A stretch of 64,000 bases of DNA from Catajapyx aquilonaris (lineage: Eukaryota), in the NCBI GenBank assembly GCA_000934665.2, contig KZ538450.1, positions 1 through 64,000 of the forward strand, in the 5' to 3' direction. This document shows, piece by piece, positions 26,132 through 39,779 of the stretch (the first letter of the stretch is position 1; the number at the start of each line of letters is the position of its first letter). The notes under the pieces are model-generated. The model ran no database searches, was not told the DNA's origin, and was given only the letters and a program-made list of their open reading frames with translations. The translations under genes and the position numbers were made by a program.

Positions 26132-27660
26132 TGACCATGCAGTATATGAAAATCATATCAAGAACGTTACTAATTTGCCATCAAACGTCTTTCGTCCCAA
26201 GGTGGGGGTAGAAGGATGAAATTATAATCATATTTACCTGAATAATTGAAATCACTTTATTCTCCATGATACATTAGTACAATCAGAGAGTATTTATGAG
26301 CACAAATGAATTATTTTCACTTTTTCAGTTGGTAGGAATTCATAATTCCCCATTCCATTAATTTGCATTCCGTATTCACTTCAATTAATCACTGACACAA
26401 TTATTCCATTTTCTGTAGTAGTTCATCAAGGCTACACAACATTTGTGTCAGTTTACAAATTATATTCCTAATTATTGAATAAATGCCATATACTGTATCT
26501 GGACCTAGTGATTTTCATTCTCTATTCATGTAAAGACCATTCTTGAATAATTAATAATAACTGCATATACAATTCTATTCATTTCAGTCCACCTGAATAA
26601 TGAATTGAGTCATTAATAAAATGTCGATCACTGCACACAGGGTGTCTTGCAAAAAGGGTGGTCCATTAATGTAAAAGTATGCATGCAAAGATGAAATTAA
26701 ATGTTAGAAATACTACTAAGATTAAAAATTGAATGGTAAAAAGTATTTCTGAGGTTATCTAGTACCACACCGTATTATATGGGTTGATTACAACCCAAAG
26801 CACACTAATATTGGCCTTGGCACCATGATATGACTTGAGAACAAGCCATTTTTGCACTTAATAAGACTTCAACAGGATGCTCATGTTTGGGTGTTTTGAA
26901 AATTAGTCACTTGTATCTAGCTTATAAGTTATAGTAGGCTACATACCACAAGAGAATGAACATGAGTCTTCAGAGAAACACTGCTGCATCAGTTCAGCTC
27001 CATTAATATGTCCATTCATTTTATGAGCTGGTGTAGTCCTGGTGTAACCATGCAGTGTAAGTACTGCATTCATTTATTTATTCCAGTGTAAGGTTTGATG
27101 CATGCTCTGCTTAGAGAGTGCACGTCTAGTGTTAAACTTTCTTGCACAGGCTTACGTCTCGACATCAGTTCACTACACTCTTGCACTGCACCAGCTGATA
27201 AACAAATTGACCTCATTATTACATGTAATAATTAACTTTTTAAAAAGTCAACAGGGTAAGGGATCAACGGATAAGTAGCTTAAAAATGCATACTACCTAC
27301 ATTTCTTATGGATGTCAGTGTCAGTATTGCGTACTGTTCAATCTCTCATGGTATGGACTATACAACATTGCGTCCACTACATTTTGTTTTTCCATGTACA
27401 CTAGATCTGCATGGAGGTGTGTGCGCGGAGATTTTCAAGATCCCCAAATTCAAGGGGGGGAAAGCTAGGATTCATGAAGAACACAATAAAGTAAATGCAA
27501 AAGCTTGCCAATGGCATGGACTTTTGAGCTACTGTCTGCAAGAAAATATCTATCTAGGCAGACATTCAGATGTTACTTTGGCATTTTCCACAACAATGAG
27601 CAAAATATTCCGAAAATATTTCCGCATATAATAAATCCACTCAAAACAACATGATCTAAA

Positions 27661-30600
27661 TTACTTTTTCAGCAGCATATCCTTGAATGGGTCACCCCTT
27701 ATCATGAGTGCTTTCTTCAGTTTAGAAGCTTCAGCTGACTTATCCATTTTTAGACTCTTTACTAATGCTTCCCCAAAGCGCTTCTCGACCTCACATGCCT
27801 CAATAAGTAGATCATAATCAACTCGTAACAAAATGTTCCACAGCCTTGTAAAGGCATACATCATCATAAACTTAACACAGATCTGGCGGATTTCATCATC
27901 AGGTGAGGTCATGATGTGCAAGACATTTATCAGTGACTCCCTAGTCTTCACACATGTATATAAGTACTTATGGATATTGGACAGTCCAAGTGAGGCCAAA
28001 TATTTTTTGTATGGCACCCGTGGTGGGCCAGAAGGTCTCTCTTCTTTATCTTGAGAATTCGCAGTTTCCTCTGCATTCGCATGTGTGAAGAGTTTATTCC
28101 TGATTTTAGTGCATCTTTCTTCCATTGCCTTGAGCCTCTCTGCACCAGCAAACTTCAAGTATGTAGTTATTGCACACTGAAGCACTTTTGGTGTGCAGAG
28201 TGACATAAAAACACTTCGAAATACAAAGTCGCAAGACGTAGACAAATTACAAAGCTTGTATCGTTGTGGATTGTGGGAACATTGTGATAAATCTTGCATC
28301 TTATACTCAAGCTCGTGTGTTACACCAGAACTTTCAGCCAAGAGGACAAGCTGCTCACATTTGGCAGTCAATTTGAACCAGCCAATAATCTGACTTTCTG
28401 TAAATTCTTTGGCATCATTCAATTCATCAATGACCTCATCCAAATATCTTCTCACATCCTCCAGGACATCTGCCCTGCACAGTTCATCAAGAGGTTCTGA
28501 AAGAGGCAACAAGTTAATACTTATTAATTTTTTAGTGAAATCATAAGCATCAATATTGGACCCACACACTGTGTACACATGGTTGAGAATTGAGCTCATA
28601 TCCTGTATACTGATGGAAATTGAACGGATTCTTGTCCTTGTGAACTCATCTTAAGTTTAGAATCGAATCATACACATTCATGTGGAAAGCCTGTTTCATA
28701 GGCTTGCCAATAGTGTAACATGCACTGCCACACTTGAAGGTGAGGCAACTGGAATGAGAGGAAATGTATGGTACAACGACGAGATATTTACCAATACGAA
28801 CATGAGGTCAATTCTTACGTGAGATGCACAGTAGGGTATAAGGCTTCTGTACATATTTCAAATGTCTCTGAAAAATGTGTTACAATGATATAACTTAGTA
28901 GTCATTTTCATGCATTATTATTGTAATAATTATTTCTTTTAGAAATACATTCATAAATCATGGCAAGGTAATCTCATAGATGAAGTTAGTATCAACATGA
29001 TGGATAGTTAAAACTGCTGTCAGATTTTTAGCGCGAGTGTCAGTCCAAAAATTAATAGAATTATTCAGGGTGTTTCACTAGGACGGTAGTCCCCCCCAAA
29101 GAATCGATGATATTTTCCTTCCTATTCTACCTAGAAACATGATGTATGGTTTAAAATTTACCTTAGTTCATGAGAATGTACCACCATTCACAATAAATGC
29201 TGTATGTGACCTTCAACTACCTACATACACACGCTAACGTGACTTGACGCAATGCTCCTTATTATCGAAGGCCCTCCACAGCATATAAACATTAATAGTC
29301 AGGATTGCTACACCAAGTGTTTTGGACCAATACAATGGTAGATGTCCTCCTTTAGAGGAAGAAATAAAATCGAAAAATTGAAGCACAGGCTGCTGGAATG
29401 AACAAAAAAGTAACTACGATTTTATCACAAGAAACCGAGTCTTCTGTTTCCACCTGTCAAAAGAGCCGCTAACGGGGATATTTGAAGAGTTGTGCTTACA
29501 ACAGTGAGCCTCAACATTAGAAGACTTGGAAAGCAACATTAATGCAGCAGATCCGGACCATTTATGAGGATATCCTGCGGAGGATCTTCGATAATAAGGA
29601 GTATCGAGTCGAGTCGCATTTGAGTGTGTATGGAGGTCGTTGAAGTTCAATTCCATCATTTATAATGAATGGTGCTATATTCCCATGAACTGAGGTTACT
29701 TTGAAATCAAACAATATAGAAAAATATAGACGATTCTTTGGGGGGAATACCTAGTGAAACACCCTGTAGAAACACTATGGAGTAACCTAGATTTCAGGGT
29801 TTTTATTGTGATGTATTATTAATCCATCCCAATCACATTTCTACCTGTTCCAGAAGCTAATAGAGGTGTATTAGCATATGTGAAGGAATTTTCTACAACG
29901 TCAAATGGCAAAGACATCCTACATTTCATCATTGCCCATGTTACATTTGTCTGCAGTTTCCCCCATTGCAATTTTATGTTTCCCCCAGGAGGTTAGTCCA
30001 GCAGAAATCTCATCCAAGATGGAGATAACCCAATGAATCTACACAAATGAGAAAGTCAAGTCAGGACTTGGGATTACACCCCTCTGTCAGGGAAATCATT
30101 ACCTCTACACTACTCCATCTCCCCTTGTTAGGTGTAACTACCTCTACCAATTTCAATTAAAAAAAGATACCGTCATCTTGTTTTCCCATGCATAAACTAG
30201 TATGCTACTCGATGCAAGAGGGGATTCAACTTTACCATAAACCAGGGAGGCGGAGTGGCACTGCGGAAACGTATGCGCCCATGGATGTAAGGGTCCTGGG
30301 TTCGATCCCAAGTCCGGGCTTTCCCCCCTCCATCTCGTGCAGAGCTGGGTCGTCTCTGGCTTCATCTCAGGTGGGATTCATTTAAACTAACCACCCAAGG
30401 GAACTCACAAAATGACCATATGAGACATTGAAGGGAGGCGAAGTAACGTACGCACCCATAGATGTTAAGGTCCCGGGATCAAATCCCACCCTGGGACACC
30501 CCCTTCATCTCGTGCAGAGTTCAGGGTCACCTCTGGCTTTGTCTCAGGTGGTATTTCCGTTAAGACAAACCACTGGGGGGAGTTCACTAAAAATAGCCAC

Positions 30601-30743
30601 ACAAGGACATAGCACTGCACCTTGCACATCTCCTCCTGTCATCCTGCCCGTGGGCCCGGGCGATTTAATAAATAGGTTCCAAAAATGTTCATTGTACGAA
30701 TAAAGGTCCATGCTACATGCCGAGAGGCCAAGCACTACCCGGA

Positions 30744-30781
<38 letters not shown>

Positions 30782-32712
30782 ATTATTATTATTATATGAG
30801 ACATTGCACTGCAACTTGCACTTCCCCTCCCACTCATCCCTGCCCGTGGGCCCAGGCGCTTCGTTAAAGGTTCCAGCTGTACAAGTACAATGTACAGTAC
30901 ATGAAGTTAATAATAAAGGTCCATGTGATTCGCCAAGAGGGGTCAAAGCACTACCCGGATTATTTTTATTTTAAAAAAACAACTTTACCATAAACCAGAT
31001 TTAGTAGATCAAACACTTTTGCAAGGCCTGGAAATTCTATCCTTAGTTGTTCCCTGTCAGGAGAGTTCTTCGGGCGGTTCAACATGTACAACCAAACATT
31101 GCTGCTGAATATATCAGTTTTTTTCTCAGGTGCAGACTGAAAAAAACAATACATGACATTAAAAAGTTATTCTGGTTGTGAAAGTGTACTTATTAATATA
31201 CAGTAGAACCCCTATTATCCGACTCCTCGGATTATCCGACTGTCCCGCTCCAGCAATAAATCTATGTTTTCTCATGAAACAATGTAGGCTACTGTTCTAT
31301 ACGGATTTGTTTGTTTTGCCTTAGTTAAATATTGTAAATACAGTACAGTACAGTGTGTGTAAAAGAAATATACTTCACTATTTCTTAGATAACCATAACA
31401 TTAATAATAATAATAATGGATACCCCGATGGAAGGCTTTGGCGATAACCACAACACCACCGTGCTGTCCATAACATATAATGTTGTACGTTATGTCATGT
31501 TTTTTGTTTGTTTATTAAAGTTTTTTTACTCCTTGGATTAGCCGACCTTTTTGGTTATCGGACGATGCCCCACTCCCGCGGGTGACGGATAATCGGGGTT
31601 CTACTGTACATAGGGTGTTCCAAGTATCAGCATTGTTTTTAGTTAGTGCTAATATTGCCTGAAGTAGTTATTTTTCGTAGCCTGTTGCACCCTGATTGAG
31701 GTGCCTAAATGATACAGAAACTGCTACATTTGACCTCCTGGGAATAACTTGGCACCTGGATCAGAGAGCAACAACCTACACAAAAACTGCTTCAGGTGAT
31801 TTAGTAATTAGTGATAACTACAGGGCGGCATGGTGGTGTAGTGGTTATCGCCACAGCCTTCCACCTCTGAGGTCTCGAGTTAGATCCCGGTTCGGACGGA
31901 GGACACTTATGTGGATAGAGTTTCGATGGGTTCTCTCCGTGTTCGCATGGGTTTTCTCGGGGATCTCCCGTTTCCTCCCACAATCGATCAAAACCTATCA
32001 CAGCGCAAGCAATGAATAAAGTCTATCAAACCAAAGATGATCCCTATGCGGCTCAAGGAGGCGTATCACGGGGTACTGGTATCTATTTATTATTAGTGAT
32101 AACTAAAAATGACCCTGAGACTACGTATAGCACTATAGCTGTTATTATTTGTAAAATGTCTTGTCCGTATCTTCAGAGCACGTGTAAGCGACAACCTAGT
32201 CGATGGCGGTATAGCTGCCTAGCTGGTAGCGAAGGGGTTTAAAAGAAGAACTGAAATAAGAGCAAAAACATTCCCTTCAGGGAAAAAAGGGTAGTCAGAC
32301 ATCCGCCGTGGCGGAATGAAGGTACTGAAACAAGGCAGGCGCACGTAAGACCTGCACTAATTGATTTAAGCTGTACCATAGGTCTTACTCAAGCAATTCT
32401 GAAGTACTGTATGGAACGGCTCTGAAAAATTGCTGCTGTAAACTACTCAGAGCAGTAGTCAGGGTTTTATTTTGAAAAGAAAAAAGAAGAAGAAGGTGGT
32501 ATTTCCACAGACTAAACCACCCGGGGGAGTTCACTAAAAATGGCCACATTAAGACATTGCACTGCACCTTGCACACCCCCTCCTGTCATCCTGCCCGTGG
32601 GCCCAGGCGTTACGTATAAAGGCTCCAATGTACATGACATAATAAATAAAGGTCCGTGCTGCATACTTCAGATGAGGTCAAGCACTACCCCGGATTATTA
32701 TTATTATTATTA

Positions 32713-32810
<98 letters not shown>

Positions 32811-35800
32811 ATTATTGGTGAATGTTTTACGTGCGCCTGCCTTGTTTCAGTACTTTCATTCTTCCACGGAGGTCTTACTACCCTTTTTTCCCTGAAGGGA
32901 ATGTTTTTGCTCTTATTCAATACCATAATCAGAACATCAACTCCCGAATTTTCACTGAACATCACTGTTGCTGGGGGTGCAAGTAGCTCACTATACTTAC
33001 TGCAGACATAGCACTTGCGCCCTCTTCATGCCCTTCCACGCCACCTCCACATGCACCTTCATCTGCTGCCTGAATATCGGGAGCCGGTCCGGTCTGGAAG
33101 GATAACCTGATTTAAGCACATGACTTGGCTGGCTTATCATGCTCATTCACCCCCATATTGGTTGGGAGAGTTAGTGAACTGGAAACATGTATGTGAATAT
33201 TTGTTTCTGCTGGTAACTCATATGGCTTAAACTCGGAGCACACAGTGCATGTGTTTCAGTGTCCATCAATAAATTTCATCACATGCTTCTTTTTATCTTT
33301 CGTTCACAAATCACAGGTGTCTGCCGTGTAGTGTACTTCATTTTCGTATTATTTCTGCTAAGGGTTACAGGCATTATAAGTTCAAGTACCTTAGTGCCCC
33401 AGGCCACAGTTTATTTGTATGCCAAAGCAAGATAAACTAGGCCTATATCATTATTTGCCAAAATCAGTGTCACATCAGTAAGATACATTATTAAACTTTT
33501 GTGTAAATGAAGTTGGGGATAAAGTAGATACCAGTACTAGACAAATTACATTCAGACCTGAAAATTAATTGACTTCAAAATCGCTGAATATTGACATTGA
33601 ATATCTGATAATAATAATGACATCAGTGAATTTCCTTTGAACGTCTGTGTTGCTGTAAGTGTAGGTGAATTAGTAGCGCACTCCTTACCCTTGAGATTCC
33701 ACTTGCACAGTCATCATGCTCTTCCTCTCCACCCCCACATGCACCTTCATCTACTGCCTGAATGTCGAGAGTTGATATCTTCTGGAAATATGAGTAATCA
33801 GAGTTAAGCATGACCCATCTGGCTGACATTGCTCATTAATCTTAATAATGATGGGAAGAGTCATAATCTTTTAGGAAGCAGGTTTCATGGGCTTACTGCT
33901 GAGGGCTATATACACTGCTATATATATGTTAGGAAAAAAGCTACCATACATCAGCAATGCACCAGTAAAGTTGGGTGTTGCTCATCTGCCTCCATTAGAC
34001 AACCGCAACTGAAGTGAAGTCGAGCTACGCCTGCATTGCTGGTTGGAACTGCAGGTAGTAATTACAGTACATCATTCCCTCATGCTGTGCAAGGTGAGGG
34101 AATGATGACCTCAGTTAAAATGGCCCCCTGACTGGCGCGCTTACACTTTTTGACCGAAACAGGAATACGATCATGTTCTCCCACATGTAAGACACCCTTT
34201 CATGGTGTTTCTTCCATATGAGGGTATACAGTTAAGTTTACTTACAGAGCAGCGAGGGAATGACAATTATGCTAAACACGCAGCAGTTTTCTCCCTTTGA
34301 TGCTCAACTCTACCTCCTCTGCCAACCTGGGACTGACTGACACATATTGGGCTGCTTCACAAGACTGGCCAGAACATAATAATTATGGTCGTGACTTAGA
34401 GCACTTGCCACCCATCTGGTGGCAAGTTATATGGCCTGACAGGTAAAAGTGAGGGAATAATGAAATTTACGTGGGACAGCATGTAAGGCTCACCCGTTCA
34501 GAGTAGTTTCATCAGGTGCAATCATTTCTGCATCATTACGTCATTTTCAACAATGGAGAACATGCTCTGCCCAAGAATAAACTGATACTCACGGTACATC
34601 GAGATATATTACAGCTTGTAGTACTGAAAATGCAAATTGGGACAAGTGAGGGAATGACATTTCACTGATACGGTAATTTTTCTCTTCTAAGCAAATTATG
34701 CTAAAGCTATTTGACATATTCCCTACATTGTGCCCCTTAGGGGCTGTCCAAAGAAAATATGAAACAGTGAACAGCATCACGTAGTTGACATATGGTGAAA
34801 GGACATCACTTTGGCCTGTTGCGTGAGAATGACCCACATAGCCTCTGCAGCACCATGTGTATCTTAATTTTAGGGGCAACTGTTATACTGGAAAATTAGC
34901 TCTATAAATATTTGGAGCACTGCCAGATAATTGGGAATTATGGTGTGACCTTCCTGATGAAACGTTACCATGAAGTGGGGGTACTTTGTACCAATTTTTG
35001 GTTATTTTGGTTAATATCTCCCTTACTATTGCAGTTTCGAACTCTACAAAATTATGCACCATTCTTGAACATCTTAGCAACACTTTCGCACTATTGTTCT
35101 TGCAGTGCAGATTATATAACACTACAGAAAATGGCAAAGTTGGACTAAAGTAGCCCCATGGGGTGACTTTAGTCCAGTATGAAGAACCCCTTGGAAAAAT
35201 GTCCGTGGTTGAATTAAACCCCATTAATAGTCCAGATAACACAGAGTCCAAGACATGTGTACATCTTGGAGATGTGAGGTACCTTGGATATACAGTAGAA
35301 CTTCTATAAGTCGAATCTCCATGGGACTGGAAAAAAACTTCGAGTTATAGAAGATTCGAGTTAGAGAAGTTTGGCTTTTTTAAAGCACAGAACTCTATAA
35401 GGAAGCCTACCTTTATATCCAGCGACAAAAGGTGTTCAAAACTTAAAAATAACTGTCACTATCACACTCAATATTCCTCATTGTTTTGTTGTAAAAAAAA
35501 AAAAAAAATCTCCATTATGGACATTTGCCTACTCTTAGATTCAAGGATTCAATTGTCACAATCGAATCAAACACTTCTTTCGGTATGTCTGGTAGACAGA
35601 GATCAGGAAATTGAGCCTTTCTGTGCATGTGGCCTACTCTCGACCCTTCGGCTGGAAAATGAGAAAAGTTTCCGTACTCGCCAACATGAACTTCGACTTA
35701 CGGAGACTGAAAATGCATTGATATCCCATGGTAAGGCCCTGCCAGTACTTCGAGTTATGGAGAACCTCGAGTTAGGGAAGTTTATTTCCTATTATTTCAC

Positions 35801-38087
35801 ATCGTGGTCCAACAAAGCTCATAATTTTCTTCGACTAATAGAGAACTTCGACTTACGGAAGTTCGACTTATAGAAGTTTTACTGTATTTCAAAACAGCAG
35901 TAGGGTATGTTTGTCTGAATAGGCTGCATTTTTAAATCATATTTTGTCTGAATAATCAAATACATTAGTACAACTGCTACTGGTACGGTACTACATTGGT
36001 AATGGCATGGAGACACTTTTTAAACTCACTGACTGTACCCAGAGAGTCCAGTTTATCATGGCCATAATGTCCCACAGTCTTGGGGCTTCTTTGATCTCAG
36101 AATATTATGGACCAAAATAACCCCATCACTTACAACTTTTTTTATTATTTCTATTTCCCTCACAATTCCTGATAAGAATTATTTCGTGACTTACATATGC
36201 CTGGAACGGGAACTAAATGTACTACAAATCCTCGCATGTTAAATGCAGGTGATACCTACTCGTGTGGATGCACCAGTCTTAGCAGTACGGACTTCTTGAA
36301 GACACGTGCCAAAGAGTGCCAAGGTGACTCTTGTGGAAAGTAGCCCTGTGCTGGCGGGTTTTCAAACTTCAATGCATGATACATTTACCACAAATGTCAC
36401 CACTCCTTAGTGATTCTGACTGTGCTTATTATATGTAGTTAGTGTCATTACCTGCCATCTGATGCATTTTTGAAGTACTTGGTACGTGCTTGGACCACAG
36501 TAGTCCCACTAGGATCTTATGGTATTTAATTACTTAAGCTAAGAAAATATTCAAAAGTAGACATCATTAAATTATTCTGATGTGACTGTGATCCTTCTGC
36601 ATTTCAACTCTTCTTGTATTTGGACAAGCTATTTCAGATGAGTGTGTTCAATTACTTTCAATTCAAAGCCCCCTACCTTTTATTTTTCTGTGCAAATCAC
36701 TGGGAGCCTGATATTTAGTTATTATAATAGTACTTACTGTACACTCAAAGTAGCCTCTATTATCACCTGCAGACCAGAATTTATTTTCATATCAGGGCAA
36801 AACAAACATTACCATTATTTGCCACACACACTGACACACCAGTGAGAGAAATTAAATATTTTGCACAAATGAAGTTGGGAATAAATATTAGTCTATTATA
36901 TCCAATGCTGAAAATTAATACAGGGTGTTTCAGAGTCACAGGTCAAGCGCGCGCGAGGGGGTGGGGAAAAATCGTAGGTGGTGACTACCCGGGTCGGTTT
37001 TATAAAACAATTAGAAATACAGCAGTAATCAATTTGTTTATTAAGGCCGTATGGCATGACGTCACGTCCTTTCTGTACTCGAAATTACCCCGCGGAGTGG
37101 CAAATGCAAGGCAAATGCATTCGCGGTGGAACCTGCATGGACGGGTTTTTAGCCTTGTGGGTTGCCCTGAAAAAGGCGTTCTCATGCTACACCGGCAGGG
37201 TACTGTACAACGTAGTGTACTACTGTACAGTGGTGTGTTCAGTACCCTGCCGGTGTAGCATGAGAGCGCCTTTTTCAGTGCAACCCGCAAGGCTAAAAAC
37301 CCGTTCATGCAGGTTCCACCGCGAATGCATTTGCCTTGCATTTGCCACTCTGCGGGGTCATTTCAAATACAGAAAGGACATGACGTCACGACATACGGCC
37401 GTAATAAACAAATTGATTACTGCCATATTTTAAATTGTTTTATAAAACCGCCCCGGGTAGTCGCCACCTACGATTTTTCCCCACCCCCTCGCGCTCGCTT
37501 GACCTGAGTCTCTAACACCCTGTATACTTTACAATCACTGAACATTGGTATTGAGCACTGGACATTCAGGATATCATTGATTTTTACTGAACATTACATC
37601 TGTGTCACTCAGGCTCAATGAGTCCCATAACTCCTCCCGCACCGTAGGGCCTACAGCATTGGGAGTGATGTCAACATTTTTCCAGCGTTTTCTACATTTG
37701 AAAGCCACTTTTGATTTTCGCAAACAGTGCCAAGGGACTTTGTGAACCACAAAAAACCATGGAATTTGCCACGACAGCAGTCCCATGGAATTCCCCATTC
37801 CGCCATTCAGGGCGCCACCTGCTTGATTGCGACCGTGGTTGCGACTCGCTTACTTCTGCACTTTACCGTCGGATGTCACTACATGGTACATCGGCGAGCC
37901 ATCTCCTTAAATTCTTTAATTGTCACTGCCATACTGATCATGGCTTTTGCCAAATTTTGGCAACCAGCTAGGTCACTATAGTTATACTTACTACAGTAAT
38001 TTCACTGGCACAATCATCATGCTGCTTCTCCACTCCACCCTTACTTGTGCCTTCATCTGTTGCCTCCATTCCGGTAGTTGGACTATT
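27661..38087 (-). CDS. Uncharacterised multi-exon protein; large terminal exon 28609-27661; 5' end unresolved (possible ATG exon near 39420)
   Basis: 312-codon ORF 27661-28599 extends via phase-consistent exons 28609 (acceptor ttccatcag), 28748-28674, 28867-28819, 31136-30989, and phase-0 exons 33093-33001, 33781-33689, 38087-37992. Possible extra exons 30143-30103 and 30038-29845. No family recognised. Confidence 0.65.
29066..29766. mobile_element. Tc1/mariner-type foldback MITE (uninterrupted copy of the 1861 family)
   Basis: CAGGGTGTTTCACTAGG...CCTAGTGAAACACCCTG|TA with ~220 bp arms. Confidence 0.88.
30245..30965 (+). mobile_element. Tandem cluster of tRNA-derived SINE copies with (ATT)n tails
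   Basis: Heads at 30245 and 30432 (B box GGTTCGATCCC / GGATCAAATCCC); 3' end AAGCACTACCCGGAT(ATT)n seen twice; other copies at 32495 and 57421. Confidence 0.8.
31201..31606. mobile_element. pogo/Tigger-like MITE
   Basis: TA|CAGTAGAACCCC.ATTATCCG...CGGATAATCGGGGTTCTACTG|TA. Confidence 0.85.
31822..32095 (+). mobile_element. tRNA-derived SINE with V-domain-like core
   Basis: Homologous to 25822 and 47420 copies. Confidence 0.85.
32255..32916. mobile_element. Inverted-repeat element with a 5'-truncated SINE and (ATT)n (32495-32815) inside
   Basis: ~90 bp inverted arms AATAAGAGCAAAAACATTCCCTTCAGGG... / ...CCCTGAAGGGAATGTTTTTGCTCTTATT. Confidence 0.75.
35293..35884. mobile_element. pogo/Tigger-like MITE
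   Basis: TA|CAGTAGAACTTCTATAAGTCGAA...TTCGACTTATAGAAGTTTTACTG|TA; internal TTCGAGTTA repeats. Confidence 0.88.
36921..37522. mobile_element. Tc1/mariner-type foldback MITE, ~600 bp near-perfect palindrome
   Basis: TA|CAGGGTG...CACCCTG|TA; arms ~285 bp give mirror-image ORFs. Confidence 0.9.
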
Positions 38088-38411
38088 CTGTAAGGAATCA
38101 AGATTTCAGAATGACTTGGCTGCAGCTTATCCTCTTCATTCACCTCCGTAATGGTGGGGAGAGTCAGAACGAGTAGAAGGGTTTATGGTCTAACTGAAGC
38201 AAGCATAGTTTGGAAATATTTTAAAGAGCCATACGGTCTTTTCTGCCAAAAAATTGGTCTAACCACTGATCTGCGAATCTTAGTTCCCTGTGCCACTTCC
38301 AGCCCCAGGATTACATGAAAAAATAATCATAATTCTTAGCTTCACCATTAATATTAATCAAACCCTTGATGGTGTAAGCTTGGATTCACGACCACTAAGA
38401 CATAAGTTTAA

Positions 38412-38881
38412 CCCTTAACTACATAGGTGGAGCCTGAGAGGCTCCAAGCACTATTTAAACGCATGTAACTTTTTCTTGAATTTTATTTTCCCCTGTCCTT
38501 CTGTGACTTTGTCAGAAAAACCTTCCTAAGCATGAAAAGGAAAGAAAAAAATTTTTAGTCCCTATTCTTTGGTTGAAAAAAATTCGTAACAAGGAACAGG
38601 TCCCTCCTGGAACCGATCAGGCTCTACCTATTTGGTGAAGCCTGAGCGGCTCAAGCATGATGTAACCTTTTAATTAAAAAATTTTCCCTGTCGGAATATG
38701 CTGACTCAGCGTGTGAATTTTACGTTTTCGGAAGCCTATAATGATCTGAACTGCACTTTCTGTATGTGAAAAGTCCAATATAACAATTTAGTTGATAAAA
38801 GCAGAAATTTAAATATACCATTGGAGCCGCTCAGGCACCACCTACGTAGTTAGGTGTTTCGGCCACCTACGTAGTTAAGGG
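38412..38881. mobile_element. piggyBac-like MITE
   Basis: TTAA|CCCTTAACTACATAGGTGG...CCACCTACGTAGTTAAGGG|TTAA. Confidence 0.85.
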
Positions 38882-39779
38882 TTAATGATTTGGGCAAGTC
38901 ACTTAGGAAGTCTCCACTTATGCAGTCTGGACTTTCTTATAAGTTGAAAATACTGTACAATCCATGAATATCCAGCTGAATTATGTTAATCCAAGGGCCA
39001 TCCTACACTAAAACATAAAGAGGACTTACCTCTCTATTCAGCAAATACAGATACAGGGGCTCACTGCAAAAATTACATGTAATAATAGGCATTAATGTTT
39101 CGTGAGTCACGTTAGTATCCACTTCTGCAGTCAAAGTTCAATGGCCATCCTGTTCTCTATTTTGCCCTACATTAGTTTTGGAGAAAATCATATGTCTTTC
39201 CACAAGTTATCCATCCGGCAGACTCAAAAAGTGGGTGGGGTAGCAGATATCTGGTTGATATATATAGAGTCTCCCCACTTCTAAACAATCAACTAATGTT
39301 GATTGTTTAGAAGTGGGGAGACTCTCAACCACCGCCCTACAGAGAAGAGCACTACGCCGCAAGTCTTAACTCATTGTTACTTACATTCTTATCATTGTTG
39401 AAACTCATACTTGTCGCCATGATGATGCCAGCAGTTGTGTACCTTTGTTCGCTACTAGCAGGCTCTTCCTTCCAGTTTCTGCACTCCCCACCACCACACC
39501 ACTACCCCATCACAGGTTCCTTTATCTTTATGGCCCTCCCAGATCGCACATGTCCCTATATGCTGACCTTGGCATTCCGACGTCCATGCACAATCCACTC
39601 TCATATTTCCTACATGGCCAATCGTTTATTCCTTTCGTACCATCCCCAATCCCACACTCACTCGATGCACACTAGCTGCTTGAAACCCACGCAGAGCCCC
39701 CACCGGAACACCCACCGACGGAGCACGTTCTGGAATCTCTTCCTTCGGTATGCGTCAACACCTTCCCGCGCCAACATGC

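Noticed and set aside
35330..35870. Spaced short repeats (TTCGAGTTA/TTCGACTTA) suggestive of a CRISPR-like array
   Set aside because: Irregular spacing inside a TIR-bounded MITE in a eukaryotic genome; no cas genes.
39480..39672. Metal-response elements TGCRCNC near the ZnT promoter
   Set aside because: Only two scattered degenerate 7-mers, which is compatible with chance.
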